A stretch of 64,000 nt of DNA from an uncultured Gammaproteobacteria bacterium (GCA_964416505.1 CAYQEJ010000002.1:968-64967); one strand, 5' to 3'; shown: positions 8,373-17,606, counted from the stretch's first letter. The notes: generated from the sequence alone by a model not told the origin. Program-made: numbers and translations.

Positions 8373-9530
8373 ATGACAAGAGATTCTGAAAGACAGATGG
8401 GAATGTATGGTCAGGCGCCATCGGAAATTGGCGCAGTAAGAATCCGTTTTGGAACTGGATTATCAGCTCCAGTTGTTAGAGATGCAGAAATCTATATAAG
8501 AGAATTGGTGGCTGGACAAGCTACACCCGAGCAAAGACCAGATTCTCTTAATACACCAGAAGCAGAAGCTTTCCTAACAGAAGGAAGACCTGAATTTGGT
8601 GGCAGAAGTATTTTTGCAACACTACGGCACATTGTGGGAGAGGAACTTAAAAGAGGCACTTTCACACCAGGCGCAGCAGTTCCTCCTCTAGAGCTTGTGC
8701 AGACCATTTCTCGAAAAAAAGAAGGAAGAAAATCACCTGACGACACATGGGTAGGTAGAAATCATTTTTACGGAATTGGCGTACCCAGGCAAGTACTTAA
8801 TCAAATACTTTCAGAAGTACCCACTCAGCCAAGACAAAAAGGATCAGAAATACTTACTACTTATGATAGGCAAGCAGTGGAGGAACGCTTACAAAAATAC
8901 TTTGCCCAAACACCAAGAGTAAACTCTAGAACAGGACTTTTTGAAGATGAAAGCGGAGTTTGGGTCACGCGTGCGTATTTAACAGCTAGATATGGAATTT
9001 CACATTTTCTTCTAAACACTTACCTTACAGATGTCTTAACCAGACCAGGACTAAACAAAGGAAAAGACGCAACGCTTTATAATTTAAGTCAGGCAAAAGA
9101 AAATCTTAAAGGATTAATTCAAACTCCATCAGAGACAGGCGGAAGAGGAAGCCATGTTGAAAAAGGCGTAGATTGGATAAATGCAGAAGAAATCGCAAGA
9201 AGACTTCATCTTTCTCCCTCAACAGTAAAAGCTGCACTTACTGACGAAAGGTTCAAAACCGTTAGAGGAAAGAATGGAAAAGATTCAAAATGTTATGACT
9301 TTGGTAGAGCCAAGAAATTACTGGAACCTTTAACTTCTCTTCCGGTGGCAAATCCTACAAGTAACGGCAGGATGGTTACTGGAAGCTTTTTAGCAGAAAG
9401 ATACCCTTTAAGCATACCTACAATTGCAAATAGATTAAAAACTATTGGCGTAAGAGGCAGAGGAATTGGCGGAAGACACGCAATCCTTTATCCGCTCCAT
9501 GAAGCAGAAAAAATTCTTGCAGAAAAATAA
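8373..9530 (+). CDS. hypothetical protein with three tandem ~50-aa HTH-like repeats
   Basis: Promoter TTGACC-N17-TATAAT ends 8 nt before the ATG. C-terminal half holds three collinear modules (VWVTRAYLTARYGISHF..., DWINAEEIARRLHLSPSTVKAAL..., RMVTGSFLAERYPLSIPTIANRL...) resembling DNA-binding HTH units. Elevated GC. Confidence 0.5.
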   Translation: MTRDSERQMGMYGQAPSEIGAVRIRFGTGLSAPVVRDAEIYIRELVAGQATPEQRPDSLNTPEAEAFLTEGRPEFGGRSIFATLRHIVGEELKRGTFTPGAAVPPLELVQTISRKKEGRKSPDDTWVGRNHFYGIGVPRQVLNQILSEVPTQPRQKGSEILTTYDRQAVEERLQKYFAQTPRVNSRTGLFEDESGVWVTRAYLTARYGISHFLLNTYLTDVLTRPGLNKGKDATLYNLSQAKENLKGLIQTPSETGGRGSHVEKGVDWINAEEIARRLHLSPSTVKAALTDERFKTVRGKNGKDSKCYDFGRAKKLLEPLTSLPVANPTSNGRMVTGSFLAERYPLSIPTIANRLKTIGVRGRGIGGRHAILYPLHEAEKILAEK

Positions 9531-9548
9531 ACTGATATAATAGTTCAA

Positions 9549-10121
9549 ATGACTAGACAGGAAGCCTGGGAAGAATTAAATAAAAATATTAAAAATCCAA
9601 ATCTAATTAAGCATCATCTCGCATGTGAGGCAATAATGATCTCACTTTGCAAAAAATTAGTTCCGAATGCTGATGAGATTACCATAGGTAAATGGGGACT
9701 GACTGGACTTCTACATGATGTAGATTACGAACTCACCCGTGAGACACCGGAAAAACATGGAATTGTTTCATCAGAAATACTTAAAGATAACATAGACAGC
9801 GATATAATCTATGCAATTCGAGCACATAATTACACTAGAAACGGTGCGGAAGCTCCCAAATCCTTCATGGACTGGAGTATGTATACATGTGACGAATTAT
9901 CAGGTCTTATAATTGCAGCAACTCTAATTCATCCAGATAAAAAATTAGCTTCTATCGACGTCCCATTTATTTTAAAAAGATTTAACGAACCTAGTTTTGC
10001 AAAAGGAGCAGATAGAAACCAAATCAAGATGTGTGAATCAGAGCTTAAAATTCCTCTTGCGGAATTTGTACAAATTGCGCTTTCTGCAATGCAAAAAATT
10101 TCTACCGATTTAAATCTTTGA
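9549..10121 (+). CDS. HD-domain phosphohydrolase-family protein
   Basis: H..H (HHLACEA) and HD (LLHDVD) metal-binding motifs of the HD superfamily. Confidence 0.6.
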   Translation: MTRQEAWEELNKNIKNPNLIKHHLACEAIMISLCKKLVPNADEITIGKWGLTGLLHDVDYELTRETPEKHGIVSSEILKDNIDSDIIYAIRAHNYTRNGAEAPKSFMDWSMYTCDELSGLIIAATLIHPDKKLASIDVPFILKRFNEPSFAKGADRNQIKMCESELKIPLAEFVQIALSAMQKISTDLNL

Positions 10122-10153
10122 CATTTATTCTAAATTTAACCTAAACTAAACTT

Positions 10154-10372
10154 ATGAGCGAAAATAAATACGAGTTGGTTACTAAATCCCGAAAAGACAT
10201 AATTACAAATAATTTTCTAGGTGGCCTTGCGTGGGGAGTGGGAGTCACATTAGGACTTACTATTCTTTTTGGAATCATAGCTTTTGTTTCTTCTCACATT
10301 AATTTCGTACCGATTGTTGGAGAATTTGTCTCGAAAGTTTTGAATTACGTACTTACAAATAGAGTAAGATAG
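10154..10372 (+). CDS. small membrane protein (72 aa)
   Basis: Single hydrophobic segment GGLAWGVGVTLGLTILFGIIAFV. Confidence 0.4.
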   Translation: MSENKYELVTKSRKDIITNNFLGGLAWGVGVTLGLTILFGIIAFVSSHINFVPIVGEFVSKVLNYVLTNRVR

Positions 10373-10418
10373 TCCCAAACAATTGCTAATTTGAGGCTAT
10401 ACTGCTAAAATCCGATTC

Positions 10419-12173
10419 ATGAATAATATTGATCTCTCCAGCATAAGACATTCCACTGCTCATCTTCTGGCAGCTGCTATTTTAAAACTCTATCCTGATA
10501 CGAAATTAACTATTGGCCCAGCAATTGAAAATGGTTTTTATTATGATTTAGATTTTTCAAATCCAATTTCAGAAAATGATCTCCCTAAAATTGAAGAAGA
10601 AATGAGAAGAATACTCCCAAGCTGGAATTCTTTTTCACATAGAGAAGTTTCCGATCAAGAAGCAAAGGAATTCTATAAAAATAATCAATACAAACTAGAG
10701 CTAATAGATGAAATTGTAGAAAAGGGTGAAAAAATAACTTTTTATAAAGCGGGAGAATTTGAAGATCTTTGCCGCGGCGGACATAGCGAGAACCCCTCAG
10801 AAGAAATTGGCGCATTTAAGCTTCTTTCTATCGCTGGTGCCTATTGGAGAGGAAGCGAAAAAAACAAAATGCTCACTCGTATTTACGGAACTGCTTTTTC
10901 AACTCAGAAAGAACTAGATGAGTACTTAGTAATGCTCGAAGAAGCAAAGAAAAGAGATCATAAAAAATTAGGTTTAGAATTAGATCTTTTCATGTTTCAT
11001 GAAACATCTCCAGGAATGCCATACTGGCTACCTAAAGGATTTGCTCTATATAATTCGCTTCTTAATTTTTCAAGAGAAGTTCACAAGAAATATAGATATC
11101 AAGAAATCGCAACTCCAATTCTAAACAAAAAAGATCTATATATGACTTCAGGTCACTGGTCTCATTATAGAGATGATATGTTCCTGTCTCCAATGTCTTT
11201 CATAAGAGATGATTCAAAAGAACTTCTGGAGGGTGGAGAAGTATTCGGCATCAAACCAATGAACTGTCCAAATGCTATGAATGTATTTTCGATGACAATT
11301 AGATCTTATAAAAATCTGCCTCTTCGTTTTTCAGAAACTTCAGCTCTCCATAGATTTGAGCCTTCAGGCACACTAAATGGACTTTTCAGAGCAAGAGAAT
11401 TCCACCAAGACGACGCTCATATTTTCCTCATGACTTCTCAAGTAGAAGATGAATTTCAAAAAATAATGGAGATGATCGAAGAACTCTATGGCGCATTCAA
11501 TCTTTCATATAGGCTTAGATTTGGTACAAGACCTGAAAACTTCATGGGCGAAAGTAAAGATTGGGACGAAGCCGAAGATGCATTAAAATCAGTGCTTGAT
11601 AAATCGGGCAAAGAATACGTAACTGAAGAAGGAGAAGGAGCATTCTACGGACCAAAGATAGATATTCTTATGAAAGATTCACTAGGACGTGAATGGCAAA
11701 CAGGAACAATTCAATTAGATTTCCAACAACCCAAAAATTTCAAACTAGAATATATTGATGAAAGCGGAAAAACTACTACCCCTGTTGTTCTTCATAGAGC
11801 CCTATTTGGCTCATTTGAAAGATTTCTAGGAATTCTTTTAGAACATTTTGCAGGTATACTCCCAATTTGGCTTTCTCCTATTCAAGTAATAATTCTACCA
11901 ATAGCAGATAAGCATAATGATTTCTCTCAAAATTTAGTAAATGAGCTTAGAAAAAATGGTATCCGAGCAGAGGTTGATTCTCGAAGTGAGAGACTTCAAC
12001 TTAAAATAAGAGAAGCGACTTTGCAAAAGATTCCATATTTAGGTATAATAGGGGACAAAGAAATTGAAAAAAATTCAGTTTCAGTTAGAGCTTTAGATGG
12101 GGAAGATTTAGGAAGTTTAAATCTTTCTCATTTTTTAGAAAAGCTAAAAGATCAAATTGATAAAAAAGTCTAA
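10419..12173 (+). CDS. thrS: threonyl-tRNA synthetase (short form, no N-terminal TGS domain)
   Basis: Class II aaRS core with ThrRS editing/catalytic motifs (HSTAHLLAAAI..., FHQDDAHIF, anticodon-binding C-terminus). Confidence 0.9.
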   Translation: MNNIDLSSIRHSTAHLLAAAILKLYPDTKLTIGPAIENGFYYDLDFSNPISENDLPKIEEEMRRILPSWNSFSHREVSDQEAKEFYKNNQYKLELIDEIVEKGEKITFYKAGEFEDLCRGGHSENPSEEIGAFKLLSIAGAYWRGSEKNKMLTRIYGTAFSTQKELDEYLVMLEEAKKRDHKKLGLELDLFMFHETSPGMPYWLPKGFALYNSLLNFSREVHKKYRYQEIATPILNKKDLYMTSGHWSHYRDDMFLSPMSFIRDDSKELLEGGEVFGIKPMNCPNAMNVFSMTIRSYKNLPLRFSETSALHRFEPSGTLNGLFRAREFHQDDAHIFLMTSQVEDEFQKIMEMIEELYGAFNLSYRLRFGTRPENFMGESKDWDEAEDALKSVLDKSGKEYVTEEGEGAFYGPKIDILMKDSLGREWQTGTIQLDFQQPKNFKLEYIDESGKTTTPVVLHRALFGSFERFLGILLEHFAGILPIWLSPIQVIILPIADKHNDFSQNLVNELRKNGIRAEVDSRSERLQLKIREATLQKIPYLGIIGDKEIEKNSVSVRALDGEDLGSLNLSHFLEKLKDQIDKKV

Positions 12174-12747
12174 CAAAAATAACAATAAATTTTACAGAAT
12201 TAACGAGCGAATATTTGCAAACGAACTTCGAGTAATTGACAGTGAAGCTAAGCAAATAGGGATATTAAGTAAGTCTGAAGCACTTGAAAAAGCAAGAGAA
12301 TTGGGAATGGATTTAGTAGAAATTGCCCCAACTGCTAAACCACCAGTTGCTAGAATTATTGATTTTAAGAAATTTCTTTACCAGGAAGAAAAGAAGAAAA
12401 GAGAAGAAAAGAAAAAATCAAAAAATTCTGAAACGAAAGAAATTAGATTAGGACCTTTCATGAATGATCATGATTTGGAAACAATGGTCAAGAGAGCAAG
12501 AGAATTTCTTGAAGGGAACGATAAAGTAAGATTAGTTGTTAGATTTAAAGGTCGCCAGATGGGACATCCGGAATTCGGCCATCAAGTACTTGGAAAAGCT
12601 ATAGCAAGCCTTTCCGATATATCAAAAGTTGATAAACAGGCACATTTTGAAGGGAGATCGCTTATTTCAATGCTTTCTCCAGAAAGGAAGAAAAACAATG
12701 ACGAAGAACAAAAAGAAAATAAAGAAATCGATAGCAACTCGCTTTAA
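12157..12747 (+). CDS. infC: translation initiation factor IF-3
   Basis: INERIFANELRVIDSEAKQIGI...RLGPFMNDHDLETMVKRAREFLEGNDKVRLVVRFKGRQM is typical IF-3. Non-ATG start (TTG at 12157, or ATA/ATT nearby) overlaps the thrS 3' end. Confidence 0.75.
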   Translation: MIKKSNKNNNKFYRINERIFANELRVIDSEAKQIGILSKSEALEKARELGMDLVEIAPTAKPPVARIIDFKKFLYQEEKKKREEKKKSKNSETKEIRLGPFMNDHDLETMVKRAREFLEGNDKVRLVVRFKGRQMGHPEFGHQVLGKAIASLSDISKVDKQAHFEGRSLISMLSPERKKNNDEEQKENKEIDSNSL

Positions 12748-12898
12748 GGTTACAAAAACCGGAAAAGTGATGTTTTCGCATCAAAACAATCAGCACCGTT
12801 TTTCTCACAAAAACAAAAGACAAAAAAGAAGAAATAACGTAGATGGAGTATTAAATAATGATTTTGCTAAAAAAATTAAATCATTATTAGGAGAATAA
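12698..12898 (+). CDS. rpmI: 50S ribosomal protein L35
   Basis: MTKNKKKIKKSIATRFKVTKTGKV...HKNKRQKRR. AGGAAG RBS. Start moved to an internal Met of the track ORF. Confidence 0.85.
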   Translation: MTKNKKKIKKSIATRFKVTKTGKVMFSHQNNQHRFSHKNKRQKRRNNVDGVLNNDFAKKIKSLLGE

Positions 12899-12899
12899 T

Positions 12900-13241
12900 A
12901 TGAGAGTAAAAAGAGGAGTAGTATCCAAAAGAAGACATAATAAATTATTTGATAGAAATAAAGGCTTTAAAGGCACAAAAAATAGACTTATTAAAGATGC
13001 CAAAGAAGCAGATTTACATGCAGGTGCATATGCGTATCATGGAAGAAAACTTAGAAAAAGAGACAATAGAGCTCTTTGGATTACTCGCATTTCAGAAGCT
13101 TCAAAAAAAGAAGGAATGTCTTATTCAGTCTTAATTAATAAACTTAAAAATGCTCAAATTACACTTGATAGAAAAATCTTAAATGATTTAGTTCAAAACG
13201 ATCCAGAAACATTTAAAGAAGTAGTATCCTCAGTTAAATAA
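12900..13241 (+). CDS. rplT: 50S ribosomal protein L20
   Basis: MRVKRGVVSKRRHNKL...AYAYHGRKLRKRDNRALWITRI matches the L20 signature. Standard infC-rpmI-rplT order. Confidence 0.9.
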   Translation: MRVKRGVVSKRRHNKLFDRNKGFKGTKNRLIKDAKEADLHAGAYAYHGRKLRKRDNRALWITRISEASKKEGMSYSVLINKLKNAQITLDRKILNDLVQNDPETFKEVVSSVK

Positions 13242-13251
13242 CTTCTAAAAT

Positions 13252-13536
13252 ATGCCCTACCTCTTTACCCAAGAAGGCTACGAAAAATTAAAAAAAGACC
13301 TAGATGAATCAGAAAAAAGAAGACCTGAAGTAGTAGCTACTCTTTCTAAAGCTCGCGCCATGGGAGATCTTTCGGAAAATGGATTTTATAAAGGAGCAAA
13401 ATTCGAGCTAAATGACTTAGATAGGAAAATAAGGCATCTTAAGCATCTTATAAAGGAGGCTAGAATAATAGAAAAACCTACACAAAATGAATTTGTACAA
13501 ATTGGCCACACTGTAAAACTTAAAAGAATTAATTGA
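13252..13536 (+). CDS. greA: transcription elongation factor GreA, N-terminal domain only (short/truncated)
   Basis: Coiled-coil GreA N-domain (LSKARAMGDLSENGFYKGAKFELNDLDRKIRHLKHLI) then the first ~20 aa of the C-domain. Stop TGA is embedded in the TTGACA of the downstream promoter. Confidence 0.55.
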   Translation: MPYLFTQEGYEKLKKDLDESEKRRPEVVATLSKARAMGDLSENGFYKGAKFELNDLDRKIRHLKHLIKEARIIEKPTQNEFVQIGHTVKLKRIN

Positions 13537-13571
13537 CACCATTTAGTTTTTTCTGCTAAAATCACCATCAT

Positions 13572-14372
13572 ATGCTTCCCCCTGATAGAAGACCTGGAGT
13601 ACAATATACTGGAATAGGAATTATAACACCCGATCAAAGATTAACCGTCGATAAACCTGATATTTTTGCACCTCAAGTAGTAAAAGACGCATTAGCCAGA
13701 ATAAGAAGCATAGATACTGATATGCAGGGATTTAGACAAAGCTCTGATTTAATTTTTAATATGCAAGGAGTTAGGCTTGCAGAAGAACTTCCAAAACGAA
13801 GAATATCCGTAGAGACTCCAGTTGGAACTCTTAGTACAGAAGTTAGCGACTCCCGCGGAGTACTACTTATTGGAATTCTTAGATCAGGACTTCCAGCAGC
13901 CCAAGGAATCAGAACAGCAATGCCTGACGCAACAATTGGAGTCGTTGACATAAAAAGAGACGAAGAAACAGCGCAGCCTTCTATGTTCTACGATGGAATT
14001 TCAGGATTGGACTTATCAGGATTTAATCAGGTTATAGTTCCAGATCCAATGCTTGCAACTGGAGGATCAGCATCAATGGCTATCGATTTATTAAAAGATA
14101 GAGGAGCAAGTAATATTCACTTAGTTTCTTTAGTAGCAGCTCCTGAAGGAGTAGAACGTATTCAAAAAGATCACCCAGATGTAAAAATAACTACAACAGC
14201 CATGGACGAAAGATTAAATGACAGAAGCTACATTGTTCCAGGACTCGGTGATTTTGGAGATAGATATTTCGGTAGAGATCCAATGGATATTAGAGACGAA
14301 ATCCAAGATGTAACTCTTCATTATGAAAATGGAAGATTATTTGTTCCAGGTCCAAAAGGAAGTCTTTTCTAA
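13572..14372 (+). CDS. uracil phosphoribosyltransferase-like protein with ~60-aa N-terminal extension
   Basis: C-terminal PRTase motifs VIVPDPMLATGGSASMAIDLLKDRGA and YIVPGLGDFGDRYFG. Promoter TTGACAcc-N17-TAAAAT overlaps the greA stop. Elevated GC. Confidence 0.6.
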   Translation: MLPPDRRPGVQYTGIGIITPDQRLTVDKPDIFAPQVVKDALARIRSIDTDMQGFRQSSDLIFNMQGVRLAEELPKRRISVETPVGTLSTEVSDSRGVLLIGILRSGLPAAQGIRTAMPDATIGVVDIKRDEETAQPSMFYDGISGLDLSGFNQVIVPDPMLATGGSASMAIDLLKDRGASNIHLVSLVAAPEGVERIQKDHPDVKITTTAMDERLNDRSYIVPGLGDFGDRYFGRDPMDIRDEIQDVTLHYENGRLFVPGPKGSLF

Positions 14373-14400
14373 ATTGTAATTTCTTTTCTTATTTGCTATT

Positions 14401-14513
14401 ATGTTTTTTATGATTAAAGGTTTGAATTTTGGTTTTTACTTTACACACCCTACGGGGAGGTAACGTATTGCCAAAATAAAAGGCAATAAGCCTCCCAAAC
14501 GGGAGGTTTTTTT
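14401..14513 (+). promoter_or_regulatory. Phe-rich leader peptide + rho-independent terminator (candidate pheA attenuator), module copy 2
   Basis: Leader ORF atg ttt ttt atg att aaa ggt ttg aat ttt ggt ttt tac ttt aca cac cct acg ggg agg taa (MFFMIKGLNFGFYFTHPTGR*, 5 Phe). GGGGAGG just before the stop can pair with the CCTCCC arm of terminator GCCTCCC-AAAC-GGGAGG-T7 (14490-14513). A hairpin TTGCC-aaaataaaa-GGCAA lies between. The terminator segment is identical to the 7033-7056 copy. Confidence 0.45.
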
Positions 14514-14521
14514 GTGTTTAT

Positions 14522-15727
14522 ATGGGAAGTTTAGAACGAAGAATACAACAAAAAAAATTAGGAACCAGAGAAATAGTACAGCCAAGAATGATTGCATGGC
14601 TTGGTCCTCGCGGAAATTTCACCCAACTCGCCCTAGAACAATTAGCTACTAGGGGCTCTCGGTATGATGATGCAATTCCCATGGAGGCAAGATCAATTGG
14701 AGAAATGTTTGATCTCGTAGAATCCGGGGCCTGTGAACTAGCTCTTGTTCCTTACGAAAACTCATCTGATGGACCAGTAGGCGAATCGCACAGAAATTTG
14801 CACGATAGATCTGTTCAGATTGTCGATGAAACTGTACTTGGGATAGAACAAGTGCTTTATATGAAGCGCGGCGTATTCGTAGGAGATATACAAGTTGTTG
14901 CATCTAAAGACTCTGCACTTGGCCAATGCGATTCACATATTTCTCAAGTTTTCGGAGAACATATCAAAAGACTTCCTACAAAAAGCACAGGTGAAGCAGT
15001 TGCAATGGCCGCAGAGGATCCAAGAATTGCCGCAATCGGCAGCAGTATTTCTGCCACAGCTCAGGGCTTAGACAAACTTTTAATAGCAACTAGAAATTTC
15101 CAAGACAATCCAGGAAACGCAACTACATTTACGATTATTCAAAAACCTGGCGAATTGCCGGCGCCTACTGGAAACGACAAAACCACATTTATCTTAACTA
15201 TTCCTGATCAAACAGGCAGTCTTCACAAAGCGCTTATGGAACTTTCGGCAAGAGGAGTAAATCTTAACAAAATTAAGTCTATGCAGAAAGCAGATGGAGG
15301 AATGAGATTCTTGATGTCTATAGACGGTCATATTACTGATCCAAATGTACACTCAATTCTTATGACTCTTAGAGCTCAGGAAATGAAAATTCTAGGTTCA
15401 TACCCGAGAGCAGATTATACACCCGCGAGAACAGGAAGAGCTTACGCTATGGATTATGCGGTTAAAAGAATTAAGGATGAAGCACAAAACGGAGATCAGG
15501 CAACGGATCAAAGAACCTTAGTCTTTACCGTAAAAAACGAGCCTGGATCTTTATTTAAAGCGCTTGGAGTATTTGCAGAAGCAGGAGTAAGTCTGAAAAA
15601 AATTGATTCCCAGCCAAGCGGAGAATTCGAAGAATACATCTTTTATGTAGCATTTAAGCAATCTCTAACATCCGATGACTTAATTACCCAATTAGGAAAA
15701 CACACTGATTATTTAAAACAAATTTAA
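14522..15727 (+). CDS. pheA: prephenate dehydratase with two C-terminal ACT domains
   Basis: PDT-domain motifs IAWLGPRGNFTQLA and LALVPYENSSDGPV, followed by two ACT-like modules (TFILTIPDQTGSLHKALMEL...; LVFTVKNEPGSLFKALGVFAEAGVSL...). Confidence 0.75.
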   Translation: MGSLERRIQQKKLGTREIVQPRMIAWLGPRGNFTQLALEQLATRGSRYDDAIPMEARSIGEMFDLVESGACELALVPYENSSDGPVGESHRNLHDRSVQIVDETVLGIEQVLYMKRGVFVGDIQVVASKDSALGQCDSHISQVFGEHIKRLPTKSTGEAVAMAAEDPRIAAIGSSISATAQGLDKLLIATRNFQDNPGNATTFTIIQKPGELPAPTGNDKTTFILTIPDQTGSLHKALMELSARGVNLNKIKSMQKADGGMRFLMSIDGHITDPNVHSILMTLRAQEMKILGSYPRADYTPARTGRAYAMDYAVKRIKDEAQNGDQATDQRTLVFTVKNEPGSLFKALGVFAEAGVSLKKIDSQPSGEFEEYIFYVAFKQSLTSDDLITQLGKHTDYLKQI

Positions 15728-15740
15728 GGAGGTGATTAGT

Positions 15741-15983
15741 ATGACAGAAAGAATAGATTTAGATTATAAATCTTTACCAATAGCAGATCCGCATGCGGGT
15801 ATAGCTCCTGAGAGAAAATTAGTTGTCTTAAGTACAAATCCGTCAGCTCATGCACTCTATACAGCTGAGAGAGAAAGAGCGGAAAGAATTCGAATAAATG
15901 AGATTACAGCTAAAGTGAAGGGATGGATACGCGACCAACGCTCGATAGGCATGGGGGAACAACTTGATTTAATTGCTAAATAA
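15741..15983 (+). CDS. hypothetical protein
   Basis: Consensus RBS AAGGAGGTG then ATG 6 nt later. Elevated GC. Confidence 0.4.
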   Translation: MTERIDLDYKSLPIADPHAGIAPERKLVVLSTNPSAHALYTAERERAERIRINEITAKVKGWIRDQRSIGMGEQLDLIAK

Positions 15984-16020
15984 TTGACATTAAAAATTTC
16001 AAATGTTATCATCCCAGGCA

Positions 16021-16526
16021 TGCAAGATAGATATAGACCTGCTGCAACACCGGCAGAAATTAGAGAAGGTGCTGACCAAACAATTGCAAGACTCAGGTCA
16101 TTAACTGCGGAATATCAGTCAAAAGGAATAGCGCTTACTAGATGGCATGTAGATCCTATTGCAGGATCCCATGCAAATCTTGATGTTGCTCAGGATTTAT
16201 TGGATACGACAAATCCATTAAGACAATTAACTCGAAGAGATTTGACCCTTGATAGACTTGGAGAATATCCATCTATCAAAATCTTTCCTAGTGGGGACGG
16301 AAGTAAAATCGGCCTTATTACCCCACATTTTACATATCAATTTAGTCATCAGAGAATAGAAACAGTTTTTAATGGAGGGTTTGATGTTCCAAGAAGAGTA
16401 AGACTTTTAGAAAGATTTGGAAGACAAACTCCAGGACAATTAATTTTAAAGGCAATGGAAGAAGCCCAAGAAGAAGCAAGATATGGAAGAACAATTTTTT
16501 CTAGATTTACAGGTAGAAATAAATAA
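16021..16526 (+). CDS. hypothetical protein
   Basis: TTGACA-N17-TATCAT promoter ends 7 nt before ATG (MQDRYRP...). The TTG at 15984 belongs to the -35 hexamer and is not a start. Confidence 0.4.
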
Positions 16527-16571
16527 ACCAGATTCTCCCAATTTGCCCACAAATTAGATATACTTATTTAG

Positions 16572-17606
16572 ATGGAAAATGATCTTATAAATATTAAAAA
16601 CACAGCTCTTTCTATGATTTTGGATACAAGTGATCCAAAGGAGTTAGAGGAGTTAAAGCTACAATTTCTTGGAAGAAGCGGTCAGCTTACCATAGCCATG
16701 AAAGAACTTCCTAAGATAGATCCAGAAAAAAGAAAAGAAGTGGGTATACTAGCAAATGAAGTAAAAACTACAATAGAGGATGCTTTGAAGGAAAAAGGAA
16801 GAGATATAAAACATGGAGAAACAAAATTAAAAATTGAAAAAATAGATGTAACAAATCCAGGAATCAGACCTCCACTTGGCCATCATCATTTAATTACTCA
16901 AGCAATTTCAGAAATAACAGATATATTTGGAAGAATCGGGTTTACTCGAGTCAGATATCCAGAAGTGGAGTGGGACTGGTATGCATTCGGGGCACTAAAT
17001 TTTCCAGAAGGTCATCCAGCAAGAGATGATTGGGAGACTTTTTTCATAGATGCTCCTGTTAACAAGAAATATGGCCCTATGCTATTAACTCCTCATACAT
17101 CTAGCGGTCAAATTAGAGAAATGGAAGCAAATAAACCACCCATCAAGATGCTTAACATTGCTAAATGCTACAGACGCCAATCTGACATTTCACATACTCC
17201 TATGTTTCATCAATTTGAAGGATTAGCGGTAGATAAAAATCTTTCAATTGTAAACTTAAAAGGGGTTCTAGACTTTTTTGTAAAATCCTATTTTGGAGAA
17301 AAAAGAAGTGCCAGAATAAGACCTTATCATTTTGAATTTACAGAACCATCTTTTGAAGTTGATGTAAGCTGCGGAGTTTGCAACGGCAAAGGGTGTAAGC
17401 TTTGTAAGGAAGGATGGCTTGAAATGGGAGGCGCTGGAATGGTTCATCCAAACGTTTTAAAAAACTGCGGAATTGACCCCGAAGAATATAACGGATTTGC
17501 ATTCGGGTGGGGAGTAGAAAGAGTTCTAATGATGAAAGAAGGAATTGAAATTGATGATCTAAGACTTTTATATAACAATAAACTTGAATTTTTGGAGCAA
17601 TTCTAA
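16572..17606 (+). CDS. pheS: phenylalanyl-tRNA synthetase alpha subunit
   Basis: Class II motifs FPEGHPARDDWETFFI..., HTSSGQIR, GWGVERVLM. Confidence 0.9.
   Translation: MENDLINIKNTALSMILDTSDPKELEELKLQFLGRSGQLTIAMKELPKIDPEKRKEVGILANEVKTTIEDALKEKGRDIKHGETKLKIEKIDVTNPGIRPPLGHHHLITQAISEITDIFGRIGFTRVRYPEVEWDWYAFGALNFPEGHPARDDWETFFIDAPVNKKYGPMLLTPHTSSGQIREMEANKPPIKMLNIAKCYRRQSDISHTPMFHQFEGLAVDKNLSIVNLKGVLDFFVKSYFGEKRSARIRPYHFEFTEPSFEVDVSCGVCNGKGCKLCKEGWLEMGGAGMVHPNVLKNCGIDPEEYNGFAFGWGVERVLMMKEGIEIDDLRLLYNNKLEFLEQF

Noticed and set aside
12949-13134. 61-aa ORF inside rplT in another frame
   Set aside because: Alternative-frame ORF within a highly conserved ribosomal protein gene. No independent start signals.
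10400-16571. T-box or other riboswitch leaders upstream of thrS, pheS, tyrS
   Set aside because: Spacers before these aaRS genes are 40-60 nt, too short for a T-box and lacking specifier or antiterminator features.
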